Source of the DNA: Acidimicrobiia bacterium | GTDB taxonomy: Bacteria; Actinomycetota; Acidimicrobiia; Spongiisociales; UBA5794 | NCBI GenBank assembly: GCA_029287195.1 | Contig: JARFRN010000149.1 | Location: forward strand, 1 to 56,103 | Reading direction: 5' to 3' | DNA: 56,103 bases | Part shown: positions 11,701-20,653 of the stretch, in pieces | Numbering within the stretch: position 1 is the stretch's first letter | How the letters are laid out: every line of letters starts with the position of its first letter | Position numbers and translations under genes: made by a program | The notes under the pieces: model-generated | Told to the model about the DNA's origin: nothing | The model's database searches: none | What the model saw: only the letters and a program-made list of their open reading frames with translations

Positions 11701-11780
11701 CCCGCCGGCGCTGCATTGAGAGGCAACAACGTCACCAGCATCCCCACCACAGCGAGAATCGATATTCGTCTTCGTTTCAC
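8751..11780 (-). CDS. Secreted ExeM/NucH-like nuclease (lamin-tail domains + OB fold + endonuclease/exonuclease/phosphatase domain)
   Basis: GGAGG RBS before GTG 11780; signal peptide [27 protein letters not shown]; LTD (LLVSEI...EFIEIHNPT); OB fold (IMEIQG...SPLDGQRV...SDGIFV); EEP motifs [30 protein letters not shown] and SDHDP. Confidence 0.9.
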   Translation of the reverse strand: MKRRRISILAVVGMLVTLLPLNAAPAGATGGDHLLVSEIVVTPTAGEFIEIHNPTGGAIDLSDYYVTDATFAPGGTFYYNIVTGSNAGGGSFGDFHARFPSGASIGAGEYQTLALAGSTDFLATYGALPTYELYEDDAAPDAVPDMREALPGSINGQGGLTNDGEVVILYKWDGAADLVQDIDYVLWGDKAEAVDKTGVSIDGPDGDSTPSTYAPDTSIANQDVVATGGHSVGDSFQRSDANEGLETSTGGNGITADDETSENLSVTWEIAEIVLPPPNPATIMEIQGTGRFSPLDGQRVDTTGVVTLFTANGANCWIQDPVGDDDPATSDGIFVSGCGFPATGEVPELGDLIRVFASVEEQQFGNALPLTRLVSVEYIEILASGYDLPEPVALEDLPDVSIAEGEAFWEALEGMLVSVRDGRVVAPTSRFGEFAMLTRTDAVPGSGYEPSTKQILLRSIGENRVDYNPERIVVDDSSLDEAIQVRPGDTVMGFVGVVDYTFGMYKLQPASFRKLDAKKLPNVPVSTRSGPNGDTAITTYNVENLFDLVLNTGAVDIFGEVGFDPGSYWGPPNTQNNTLIRNPDVCAGRTDTGPFDPSLEWTGTGNNNFTDLGTHTTTCTTGSGLFISEYIEGSSFNKAVEIYNATGAPVDLAADSYAIDIYFNGSNSPGTTVDLTGTLAPGDVWVVADDGADPAILAIADQISVSNFFNGDDAVVLRRGEGKDDAGSTPTPEELETQLTKLAQSIEHELRLPEIMVLQEVENTAIAQELGDRVNAANGTDYVAVSYETSDGRGIEVAFLYDDNRVDLLDSFQLSGPDVEAAFGPSSPSPGREPLYGEFQIGDEIVHIVGNHFKSKGGDDPIFGVSFNRITEIQRKAQAQVVRDFVDALLDSDPDALVMVAGDLNDFQFGEPGEGSDHPVAILEGTAGDDPLTNLIYEEKEAERWTFLFDGNSQVLDHMLVNAALLKHVTAVDMLHFNAAYPSAVGGDATTTIRASDHDPIEGRFVFGR

Positions 11781-12013
11781 TTCGTCCTCCATTCCCTCTT
11801 GTGAGAAGACCCAATACAAAACGGCCCCTGCATCAGCATGGACCGTTGGATTGAACTGATTGCGTACCCAGTCCGAGTACTTGATGAATGATGTATCCGT
11901 TCGCCCCCTCCCGAGCGTGGCACAGGTACCGGCGCAACAGCTTCCCCTTGATCGAACCCATCATCGAGCATAGCGCCCTTGCGACCACTGTGTGTAGTCG
12001 GATTCCAGAGGAT

Positions 12014-13192
12014 CTATGTCAAGGCCGCCGATTCACAGATCTTCACTACTGCAGCTGCCGTGTCGTTGATCGACTGCGCCCGTCGCCGCGCCATAGAACC
12101 CATGGACGCTCGCAGCCCCGGGTTGTTGGCCAAACGGACGAGTGCGTCGGCCAGGCCGTCAACATCTCCCGGTGGTACCAGCAGGCCACTCTCACCGTCG
12201 GCCACCATCGCCGGGATATGACCCACCGCCGAGGCCACAATCGGCAACCCGGCCATCTCGTAGTCGAGGATCTTCACCGGCTGGTAGTAGTCGTATTTCG
12301 TGTCTTGGTACGGCGCCACTCCGACTTGAGATCGTCGCAGTCGTTCGTACATCTCACTTCGTTGCAGCCACCCGGTGAACACAACGCGGTCATCGAGCCC
12401 AAGCCGAGCCGCCAGCTCCTCACATTCACGCCGGGCAATGCCGTCGCCCATCATGGTCAATCTCATCCTCGGCATCTCCTCAGAGGCGCGAGCAAACGCC
12501 ACCACCAATTCACTCACCCCGTGCCAGGGGAAGAAGCTGCCGACGTAAGCGACGTCTACCCCACTTGTGGTGCTGGCCGGGTTGGCGCGCACTCCGGGGT
12601 CTTCGATCCCAAACGGGATGAGCCTGATTCGCCCACCGTCGTGCCCGACTTGTGTCACCAGCTGCTCCAGCTCGGGGGTGTGCACCCACACGAGATCCGC
12701 CCGGCGAAACATCTGTCGGTCCATCCACGTCAGGTAACGGGAACGCCTCCCACCAAGCAAGACATGCTCTATCGCGGCAGGCGAATGGACCTCGAGCACC
12801 AGCGGTCGCCGTAACAAACGGGAGACCAGCAATGGAGTCCACTCCAGTTTCCGGTAACGCGCCAGCACGACATCAGGCGGACGGTCGCTCAGTTTCCGCC
12901 ACAGCCGCCAGGTCCACAGGATTGAGTTGAGCGTGCCCCGCAGAATCAGACTCAGCCGGATCGCCGCGCCGTACGTTTGACACGGAAGGTGCTCCCATGT
13001 CGGGCGCTTCCAGCCACGTCTGCGGGCTCCACTCGACCCGCCTGATTCGAAGGCGGGTACTGCTTCCACGGTGGCACCGGCCCCGCGCATCGCCGCCACG
13101 AGTTGTCGACCCCGTTCCCCGGCCCAATTCCGTGAACTCGACATGGCCGGATTGTGATAGAGGATGCGGACGGGCGATGTCATTGGCAGCAT
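12014..13192 (-). CDS. Glycosyltransferase family 4
   Basis: LVLEVH, YVGSFFPWHGV, GDG, PVKILDYEMAGLPIVASAVGHIPAMV and GLLVPPGDVDGLADAL. Start may be 13183. Confidence 0.9.
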   Translation of the reverse strand: MLPMTSPVRILYHNPAMSSSRNWAGERGRQLVAAMRGAGATVEAVPAFESGGSSGARRRGWKRPTWEHLPCQTYGAAIRLSLILRGTLNSILWTWRLWRKLSDRPPDVVLARYRKLEWTPLLVSRLLRRPLVLEVHSPAAIEHVLLGGRRSRYLTWMDRQMFRRADLVWVHTPELEQLVTQVGHDGGRIRLIPFGIEDPGVRANPASTTSGVDVAYVGSFFPWHGVSELVVAFARASEEMPRMRLTMMGDGIARRECEELAARLGLDDRVVFTGWLQRSEMYERLRRSQVGVAPYQDTKYDYYQPVKILDYEMAGLPIVASAVGHIPAMVADGESGLLVPPGDVDGLADALVRLANNPGLRASMGSMARRRAQSINDTAAAVVKICESAALT

Positions 13193-13211
13193 TCAAGTCT
13201 AGGTGTCCCTG

Positions 13212-15077
13212 CTAGCCGCGTACTTCGGCGATCCACAGATCGACTACTTCGTCGAGCAGCTCCAACGGCACCGACCCATGCGACAGCACCGCGTCGTGGA
13301 ACCCAACGATGTCGTAATCCTCCCCCAGTTCAGCCGATGCCCTATCCGCAAGCCGCTTGATCTCGAGCATTCCCACCAAGTATGCCGGGGCCTGACCCGG
13401 CCAGACGATATATCGATCCACCTCGGCGGTCGCCCGATCTGTGCCAAACCCCAGCTCAGTCATGTAGCCAAGGGCCTGATCACGGCTCCAGCCGGCCCAG
13501 TGAATCCCGGTGTCGACCACCATCCGAGCTGCTCGCAACAGCTCCATCCGAAGCCGACCGACATTCCCGAGCGGATCGTCCTCGTAGAGGCCCTCGTTGG
13601 CAGCCAGCCATTCCGCATACAGCGCCCATCCTTCGGCGTAGCCGGTGAAGTCGAATGCCCGCTGGTGAAGCGGCAGATGCTGAGATTCTCGCTGCACCGA
13701 CAGCTGGAAATGATGGCCCGGAATCCCCTCGTGGTAGGTCGTAGTGTCCATCGTCAACAGACCGAACTCGAGGCCGCCCAGTGATAGGTAGTAGATCCCG
13801 GGCCGGCTGCCGTCGAGCGGCGGCGAGCGGTAGTAGGCGCCGCTGCCACCTTCCCTGCCGGGGCGGGGTCGCATCACCTGCACTTCCGCCGCGGGCTTCA
13901 AGGTAAACAGATCTTCGAAAGCGCGCGCGGCCTCGGCAACCGTCTGCTGGGTCATCTCGAGCACGGCCGCCCGCTGCGGCTCGCTGGTGGTTGGCATCGC
14001 CCCCGCATCGGACTTCGCTTGACGCATCGCGGAGGCAAAATCCTGCTCCGCCGCATATCCCAGATCGCCGAGCGCGCCGGTGAGTTCGATCCGGAGCCGC
14101 TCCACCTGCTCCAACCCCGCCTCGTGCACGCCCTGCGGGGACATGTCGATACCGAGATGGTGGCGCAGGACCGCGGCGTAGTACTCCTCCCCGCCGGGAA
14201 GGTGCACAAGTCCCGGCGCCTGATCCGAGAGGCCGTCGAGCCGCGCCACGGCCGCATCTAGGTCCTCCATCACCGGGAACAAGTTGCGAACCGCAGCCTC
14301 GGAGCGGGCCCCGATTCCGGCCGCCCACCTCTGATCCTCACCTACCAGGGCGGCGACCCGATCCTTGAAGTCGACAACCATCGGATGCGACTCTGCATCC
14401 CCGTCACCGAGAAAGTTCCCTATCTGCCATCGGGCGATTCCCAGCGATCGTTCGCTCGGAACGAGATCGGACTCCCCCATCCGCTCCACCGCATCGATCA
14501 GATCCATGACCTGCAGCCGAAAGCCGATCAGCCGGTCCACGTAGTCCTCGGCGTCCTGCTCGGAGTTGATCGGATGCACATCCGCCATGAACTCCGCAAA
14601 CCCGGCATGGACGCCCGTGATGTAGTTGACGGGGTTCTCGAGCCCCGCGTACTGCGCCATGGTGACGATGTCTTCGAGGTACCAGCGCAGGATCTCCGCC
14701 GACAATTGCTCTTCCGCGTCGAGCGCCGTGATCGCATAGCCGTCGAGAGCCGCCAGTCCGTCGGCGGCAGCAGTCACCAACTCTTGACGTCCCCGCGGCG
14801 ACAGATCACTCAGCAAGTGATTGGCGTCGAACCCAATCACTTCCCCGGCGCCGAGATCGGTCACCAACTCCGGCTGCATCACCAGCAGGGAACGGGTGAT
14901 CTCGTCGGCTACAGATCGGAAGTCCGTTGGTTCGAGCACGGGTGCGGTCGTCGGCGGCCGAGAACCGGTGGTCGAGACCGGAGCCGGCATGGTCTCGATT
15001 GCCGTGGTGTCGACAGTCGGAGTCGAAGTGCATGCGGCGAGAAGCGCACATATCGAGATCCACCGGTTACATCGCAT
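13212..15077 (-). CDS. DUF885 family lipoprotein (putative metallopeptidase fold)
   Basis: AGGAGG RBS before ATG 15077; lipobox LLAAC; HEGIPGHHFQ, YAEGWALYAE, RAARMVVDTGIH and EVDRYIVWPGQAPAY. Confidence 0.92.
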   Translation of the reverse strand: MRCNRWISICALLAACTSTPTVDTTAIETMPAPVSTTGSRPPTTAPVLEPTDFRSVADEITRSLLVMQPELVTDLGAGEVIGFDANHLLSDLSPRGRQELVTAAADGLAALDGYAITALDAEEQLSAEILRWYLEDIVTMAQYAGLENPVNYITGVHAGFAEFMADVHPINSEQDAEDYVDRLIGFRLQVMDLIDAVERMGESDLVPSERSLGIARWQIGNFLGDGDAESHPMVVDFKDRVAALVGEDQRWAAGIGARSEAAVRNLFPVMEDLDAAVARLDGLSDQAPGLVHLPGGEEYYAAVLRHHLGIDMSPQGVHEAGLEQVERLRIELTGALGDLGYAAEQDFASAMRQAKSDAGAMPTTSEPQRAAVLEMTQQTVAEAARAFEDLFTLKPAAEVQVMRPRPGREGGSGAYYRSPPLDGSRPGIYYLSLGGLEFGLLTMDTTTYHEGIPGHHFQLSVQRESQHLPLHQRAFDFTGYAEGWALYAEWLAANEGLYEDDPLGNVGRLRMELLRAARMVVDTGIHWAGWSRDQALGYMTELGFGTDRATAEVDRYIVWPGQAPAYLVGMLEIKRLADRASAELGEDYDIVGFHDAVLSHGSVPLELLDEVVDLWIAEVRG

Positions 15078-15230
15078 CGCTCTGCCTCCTGAGGCTGCGC
15101 ACCGGTTGCGGCTCTCCCATTTTGGCCCATCGGCGACTGCGGGACAATGCGTCGAACCATCGATCTCTTCCAACCCGACGGTACCGGACGTACGCTGAGG
15201 GGTAGATGCGTCTGCTCCCAAGGAGGTGCC

Positions 15231-15683
15231 ATGCACATTGAGACGACGCACACGTATCCGGTACCCCGCAAGGATGGCTTTGCCTACCTCACGGACCTGA
15301 AGACGTGGGCCGATTGGAGTCCGCTCCGCGTCGGTGATCCCGAGGCGATCACAATGAGGAAAGGGGCCGTGATCGACTTCGTCTACCGCCCAATGGGTAT
15401 ACCGATGCACGGCAAGGCTGAGGTAGTCAAGCTGGTCGACGGTGAGCTGCTCAGGCTGCGGATCCGGGTCCGTGGTTATACCGACGTCATCGAAACGCTC
15501 GAGTTCAAGAACGCCGGGTCCCATGCCTTTACTCTCATCGTCACTGTAGATGCGGATGAACCCGCGGACATCATGGGCAAGACCTATCAATGGGTCCGCA
15601 AGCCGCTGCTCACCCGGGACGTTCATCACTCGCTCGACAGGTTGCAGGAAGTCTTCTTCAACGGAGCCACCAAGGCTGCCTGA
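15231..15683 (+). CDS. SRPBCC (START-like) family protein
   Basis: AAGGAGG RBS before ATG 15231; FAYLTDLKTWADWSP N-terminal pattern and a C-terminal helix SLDRLQEVF. Confidence 0.75.
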   Translation: MHIETTHTYPVPRKDGFAYLTDLKTWADWSPLRVGDPEAITMRKGAVIDFVYRPMGIPMHGKAEVVKLVDGELLRLRIRVRGYTDVIETLEFKNAGSHAFTLIVTVDADEPADIMGKTYQWVRKPLLTRDVHHSLDRLQEVFFNGATKAA

Positions 15684-15695
15684 ACACCAGCTCTG

Positions 15696-16580
15696 CTAGC
15701 CGATTGGTGCCGATTCCGGCTTGTTCGGCGCGCCCAGTCCATAAACCGCCGACTCTGCGATCTTGCGATACCCGATCCGCTCATAGATGGCGTTGGACGT
15801 GGGGTTTGCCAAGTCGGTGTATAAGAAACAGTACTCATAGCCGTTGTCGAGCAACCACTGCGATTGAGCAGCAACCAGCGCGGTCGCATACCCTCGACCC
15901 CGTAGCGCTCGAGGGGTATACACGGGACCGATTCGGATCCCGCGTCCGGTCGGATTGCCGTGTCCGCTCCATGAGACCACCTCGCCGTCGTCCTCCCATA
16001 ACCAGTAGGCGTTGGGCCCTTCCCCCGACAACCGACGTGCAATTGCCCGCTGCTGCCGTTCCTCCTCGAAAGGCTCGTCGGGTAGTGCCTCGGCGATGAA
16101 GGTGCGCATCCACTGTTCCAGCAGCCTCTGGTCGGCGGGTTCACCCGGCCGCGGCATGCCGGGACCTCCCACGATCCCGCTGACCTCCGTGAGCACGAAG
16201 ACGCCTTGCTCCATTTGCAGGTCGGCCCTTCCCCCGGTGATACGGCGCCACTCACCGACGAAGCGATCGATGGTTGGCTGGTTGCCGATCACGCCGGGCA
16301 TCTCGAGGTCCTCGACCAGCAATGCTTCGATGAGAACGGAGAGCGCCTTGGGGTCGGGTGTGTCGGCCAAGATCAGGTTGTAGGGCGGTGTCATGACCGC
16401 GGCGCATTGCGGTCCAGACTCATCTGTGACCAGAAACAAGCGGCGTTCGGGATAGACATCCGGCGCAGAGATGAGCGTTCCCAGAATACCGAGAATGAGA
16501 TTGTGGCGCGCCTCATCCGCCAGGAGCGGGGCGGCGCGGCGCCGGAAGTCAGTGGGGTCGCTCACAATCTCGGTTTTCAT
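15696..16580 (-). CDS. GNAT family N-acetyltransferase
   Basis: RIGPVYTPRALRGRGYATALV acetyl-CoA motif and LYTDLANPTSNAIYERIGY. Confidence 0.93.
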   Translation of the reverse strand: MKTEIVSDPTDFRRRAAPLLADEARHNLILGILGTLISAPDVYPERRLFLVTDESGPQCAAVMTPPYNLILADTPDPKALSVLIEALLVEDLEMPGVIGNQPTIDRFVGEWRRITGGRADLQMEQGVFVLTEVSGIVGGPGMPRPGEPADQRLLEQWMRTFIAEALPDEPFEEERQQRAIARRLSGEGPNAYWLWEDDGEVVSWSGHGNPTGRGIRIGPVYTPRALRGRGYATALVAAQSQWLLDNGYEYCFLYTDLANPTSNAIYERIGYRKIAESAVYGLGAPNKPESAPIG

Positions 16581-16645
16581 GTGACGAGTGTACGTCGGCG
16601 GCTATGTCATCCTCGAACACTCGCTCCGGGTGCCGCGGGCGAGCA

Positions 16646-16951
16646 CTAGTTGTGGTCGTCGAGGAAGCCTTCGACAAGAAGGATGCGAGACGAAGCAGCG
16701 CCATGACGAAGCGGAAGGATGTCTTGGTAGTCCGGATCGTTGTACCAAGCCCTCACATGCTCGATCGAGGGAAACTCGAGGATGACGGTGCGTTCGGCCG
16801 GCCATTCCCCCTCGACGACCTCAGTTGCGTCGCCGACCACCACCGGTCGCCCGCCGTGACGGTTTTCGATCTCGGTGGCGCGCTTTGCGTACTCGACATA
16901 CCTGTCTCGATCCTGCACATCGAGCAGGATGACTGCATATCCCTTCTTCAT
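16646..16951 (-). CDS. DUF1330 domain protein
   Basis: HGGR, VVEGEW, VILEFPSIEHVRAWYNDPDYQ...R pattern. Confidence 0.92.
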   Translation of the reverse strand: MKKGYAVILLDVQDRDRYVEYAKRATEIENRHGGRPVVVGDATEVVEGEWPAERTVILEFPSIEHVRAWYNDPDYQDILPLRHGAASSRILLVEGFLDDHN

Positions 16952-16961
16952 CGCAAAGAGC

Positions 16962-18695
16962 CTAACGATGGACTAGTTGGGAGGCTTCCTCGATCAGTTT
17001 GTGAAGAGCCCGACGCGGGTTGTAACGCCGGTCTATCAAGCCGTGGTGCGGGTAATAACCGCGGTCGTGATCCATGAAGCCGTCCAGAAACACGGCGACC
17101 GATTGTCGACGGGATGCTGCGGTTGCGGCTTCGGCGACCCTAGCCGCCACCGCTTCATCGTCGTCGAAGACCGTGCTCTCGGCTCCGCGGGGAAGTCTGA
17201 TGTCGACGACAGCCGCCCGCCCGAACGCTGCCGCCATCTCTGCCGCCTGGTCCAGTGCCGCGCTGATGGCAACGCCATCGCCAACTCGAAAGACGAATTC
17301 GCCGACCCTCCGATTCGGATCGAGCTCCGCAGCCGCCTCTACGGCGGCGTCATCCCCAAGGTCGAAGCCGGCCGTGACGAAGTGGTGCACGCCGGCTCCT
17401 GGGTCCCCGACGGGCATCAACGGCGCCAGCGCCACCCGCACGTCGCGCGAGCCGATTGCCGCTATCACTGCCGGGAAATCGTCCGGTGGAGCCACAATCT
17501 CCCACCGCCCCAACCCTGCTTCCAGGGCAGCAACCGCGGCCCGCGTTGCGGCGTCGGGCACGCCGGCCGAGCGCACGGTGAATCGCATACCGCGACCCGA
17601 GAGGGCAGCTACTCGTTCTCTGCCCTCGTCACCTGCGATGTCCTCGAGCGGGATACGGACGTTGTTGATTCTGGCTTCCCAGAGTGCCGGCAGCGTCGCA
17701 TCGCTCCGAACCCGTTTCCGCCGGAACTCGTCGAGCCCGGAGATCGGGAAATCGGCAATTCCCATCCAGCCGTGCCGAAGGGTGACCCCGACCGGTGATA
17801 CCCATCCGGGAATGAGCGCTGCAGCGATCGTCGCCGGGAGACCCTCACCCAAATCTGTGGCGCCGTTGGTCCGCACCGGGCGCACCACGTGGCCGCCCTT
17901 CTCCAACTCGACGATGAAGAATCCGAGCTTGGGCGGGTCGTCCCTTCCTCCTTCACTTGCTGGAGCGATGGGTGCCAGCTCTGAGTAGTCGGGACGGACA
18001 AACCCGGTGGACGGGAGAACGTACAACTCTGTTCCCCGGTAGTGGTTGTAGAGAAAGTTGTGCACATGCCCCGAGAACACGGCCTCGACCCGATACTTCG
18101 CCAATAGGTCGAGTAACCAACTGCGGGCCGGCTCACCGAGGTTGTCGTAGTGCTCGCTCTCCCCCGGACTTCTGACAAAGGGCGGATAGTGGGTAAAGAG
18201 GAAGATCCGTTGTCCGGCCCGGACGGCCGCATCCAGCTCAGCCTCGAGCCATTCCATCTGCTGCGCCTCCCGATCGAGACCCGAGTTGAGCACCGGGGTG
18301 TCGACAATGACGAAGTGGCAGCCATCACGGGCAAACGACCTGAACGGCGCGCCCCAGTAGCGCTCGTAGACCTCGTAGCTGGCCTCCGCTACTGAGGGAA
18401 CGGCGACGAGCGAATTCGGTTTGTCCCCGATGTCGTGGTTGCCGGGAACGAAGTGGATCGGAATCATCAATTGCTCGTAGACATCGGCGGCAAGCTGAGC
18501 TGCCGGCTCGTGCCCAGCCTCTACCGGAAGGGGGTGAACGATGTCACCGAGATGGACGACGAACTCGCCGTAGATCCGGTTGCACAGCTCGACTGCTCGA
18601 CGATTGCGATCAACGATCAGCGCATTGGATCGATACGTTGCGATGTCATCATCAGGGAACCGAATGTGGGAATCCGCAACAACTATGAACCGCAT
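16962..18695 (-). CDS. Calcineurin-like metallophosphoesterase with a ~300 aa C-terminal extension
   Basis: DSH, HLGDIV, PGNHDIGD, FTHYP and SGHVH metallophosphoesterase motifs. Confidence 0.88.
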   Translation of the reverse strand: MRFIVVADSHIRFPDDDIATYRSNALIVDRNRRAVELCNRIYGEFVVHLGDIVHPLPVEAGHEPAAQLAADVYEQLMIPIHFVPGNHDIGDKPNSLVAVPSVAEASYEVYERYWGAPFRSFARDGCHFVIVDTPVLNSGLDREAQQMEWLEAELDAAVRAGQRIFLFTHYPPFVRSPGESEHYDNLGEPARSWLLDLLAKYRVEAVFSGHVHNFLYNHYRGTELYVLPSTGFVRPDYSELAPIAPASEGGRDDPPKLGFFIVELEKGGHVVRPVRTNGATDLGEGLPATIAAALIPGWVSPVGVTLRHGWMGIADFPISGLDEFRRKRVRSDATLPALWEARINNVRIPLEDIAGDEGRERVAALSGRGMRFTVRSAGVPDAATRAAVAALEAGLGRWEIVAPPDDFPAVIAAIGSRDVRVALAPLMPVGDPGAGVHHFVTAGFDLGDDAAVEAAAELDPNRRVGEFVFRVGDGVAISAALDQAAEMAAAFGRAAVVDIRLPRGAESTVFDDDEAVAARVAEAATAASRRQSVAVFLDGFMDHDRGYYPHHGLIDRRYNPRRALHKLIEEASQLVHR

Positions 18696-18698
18696 CGC

Positions 18699-19643
18699 TT
18701 ACTCTTCGTCGTCCCACTCAGTCACCGTCACTGCCTTCTGCTCCGACTCGTTGACGTGCAACTTGAAGACGTCGGGTCGGGCATAGTGCCCGACGGCATC
18801 AAAGTCGTAGGTGCCCCGGGCAATTTCACCGATATCGACTTCTGCGATCAGCATTGCCTCGCTGCGGTGATTCGGTTCCACGAGGAAATCGCCGTGGGGG
18901 CCGACGATGCAACTTCCACCGCCAATCAGCACGGCAGTCGGATCGTCCCCATAGCCGGCGTCGTAGTCGGGCGGATAGTCGGCCCGCACCGAGTATTGAC
19001 TTGCGCAGATGACGAAGCAGCGTCCCTCGAGGGCGACATGCTGCATCGTGGCCGCCCATCTCTCCCGGTCGTCGACGGTGGGCGCACACCAGATCTGCAC
19101 ACCTTTGGAGTAGAGGGTGGTGCGGTACATGGGCATGTAGTTCTCCCAGCAAATGGCGGCCCCGATCCGACCCACAGGAGTTGCCACCACCGGCATCGTC
19201 GACCCATCCCCAAAACCCCAGACCAGCCTTTCCGCAGCGGTGGGCATCAACTTGCGATGCTTGCCGAGGAATCCACCGTCTTCGCCGTAGAACAGGACGC
19301 TGCAATAGAGCGTCCCGCCGGAACGTTCGACAACCCCGACTACGAGGCTCAACTCGTGGGCCGCAGCCACTTCCCCGATCCGGTCCGCTTCAGGCCCGGG
19401 TACTTCGATGGCGCCGCTGTGGTAGCGGCGGTACCAATCTCGGCCCTCTTCGGTTCGCGACCCGACGACGGCCCCAAAGGCGTGTCCTTTCGGATACCCG
19501 CCGACGAATGCCTCCGGGAACACGGCGAGTTTGGCGCCGTGATTGGCGGCTGCTGCCACGAGCGTTTCCAGCTTGCCCATCGTCGCCGGCGTGTCGAAAG
19601 CCAGCGAACCAGCCTGCACAGCAGCTACTCGCACCATCTCCAC
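18699..19643 (-). CDS. Nitrilase (carbon-nitrogen hydrolase family)
   Basis: Glu-Lys-Cys triad in FPEAF, KHRKLMPTAAER and ICWENYMP; also FDAVGHYARPDVF. Start may be ATG 19637. Confidence 0.93.
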   Translation of the reverse strand: MEMVRVAAVQAGSLAFDTPATMGKLETLVAAAANHGAKLAVFPEAFVGGYPKGHAFGAVVGSRTEEGRDWYRRYHSGAIEVPGPEADRIGEVAAAHELSLVVGVVERSGGTLYCSVLFYGEDGGFLGKHRKLMPTAAERLVWGFGDGSTMPVVATPVGRIGAAICWENYMPMYRTTLYSKGVQIWCAPTVDDRERWAATMQHVALEGRCFVICASQYSVRADYPPDYDAGYGDDPTAVLIGGGSCIVGPHGDFLVEPNHRSEAMLIAEVDIGEIARGTYDFDAVGHYARPDVFKLHVNESEQKAVTVTEWDDEE

Positions 19644-19666
19644 TCCCTGGTTGAGTGCGACTCACG

Positions 19667-20653
19667 CTAGTGGGGCTCGGCTGTTGACTGACGGGAGAAC
19701 CAATCGGCCAGCTTCTGGAAGCCCTCATCGAGCGAAACCGCCGGCGCCCACTGCAGGGCTCGGCGAGTCTCCCGTTGGTCGAACCAGTGGGCGGTCGCCA
19801 GCTGCTCGGCGAGAAAGCTCGTCATCGGGGGGTCATCATCGCGCCCGGTGCGATCCCACACTCGCTCGACGACCTTGCCCCCGAAGTGCGCTGCCCGGTA
19901 GGGCACTCGCAGTGATGGGGGTTGCAACCCCGCGGCGGTAACGATCTTGGCGATGACTTCGGCGACGGGACGCGGTTGCCCATTGGTGACGACGAACGCT
20001 CTCCCACGGAGTTGCGGAGCTCGATCCAGGGCGGCAACCACAGCGTCGGCTGCGTTGCTGATGTACGTCGTGTCGATGAGCGCAGCCCCGGTACCTACTG
20101 TGGCCAGCCGCCCCGCACGGGCCCGCGCCACGATGCGGCCGACGAGTTGTGTGTCACCCGGGCCCCAGATGAGGTGAGGCCGGAGCACGACCACCGGGAA
20201 CGAGTCCGAGTTGGCACGAAGTGCCAGCAACTCCGCTTGTGCCTTGCTCTTGGCGTAATGACCCCTGGCGAGCTCAGGCTCGGCCGGTTCGGCGTCGATG
20301 CCGACGAGCGCCCGGCCGTGGTGAGCAACCGACGGGGACGATATGTGGACAAAACGCGACACGCCTTCTGCTAGGGCCGCAATCAGCAGGTTCTCGGTAC
20401 CCTCGATGTTTGTTTTCGCAAACTCGTCCCAGGATCCTGTGATGCCGACCCGGGCCGCAACGTGGATGACAGCTTCCTTCCCCGCCACAGCTGCGATAAC
20501 GGTCGCAGGATCGGCAACGTCGCCGAGATGCTCGGCAAATCCGGGCGCACCGGCACGGCGCTGCAGCAGGAACACTTCTTCTCCGCGGTCCCGGAGTTGC
20601 TCGGCCACGGTCCTTCCCAGGAGACTGCTCCCACCGGTCACAAGAACCTTCAC
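19667..20653 (-). CDS. oleD: OleD-like NAD(P)-dependent reductase (extended SDR)
   Basis: VLVTGGSSLLG, SSPSV, YAKSK, LRPHLIWGPGDTQLV and IDTTYI; GTGA start/stop overlap with oleBC; ole cluster context. Confidence 0.85.
   Translation of the reverse strand: MKVLVTGGSSLLGRTVAEQLRDRGEEVFLLQRRAGAPGFAEHLGDVADPATVIAAVAGKEAVIHVAARVGITGSWDEFAKTNIEGTENLLIAALAEGVSRFVHISSPSVAHHGRALVGIDAEPAEPELARGHYAKSKAQAELLALRANSDSFPVVVLRPHLIWGPGDTQLVGRIVARARAGRLATVGTGAALIDTTYISNAADAVVAALDRAPQLRGRAFVVTNGQPRPVAEVIAKIVTAAGLQPPSLRVPYRAAHFGGKVVERVWDRTGRDDDPPMTSFLAEQLATAHWFDQRETRRALQWAPAVSLDEGFQKLADWFSRQSTAEPH

Noticed and set aside
15078-15629. N-terminal extension of the 805-aa DUF885 ORF
   Set aside because: It overlaps the SRPBCC gene antisense; the RBS and lipoprotein signal place the start at 15077.
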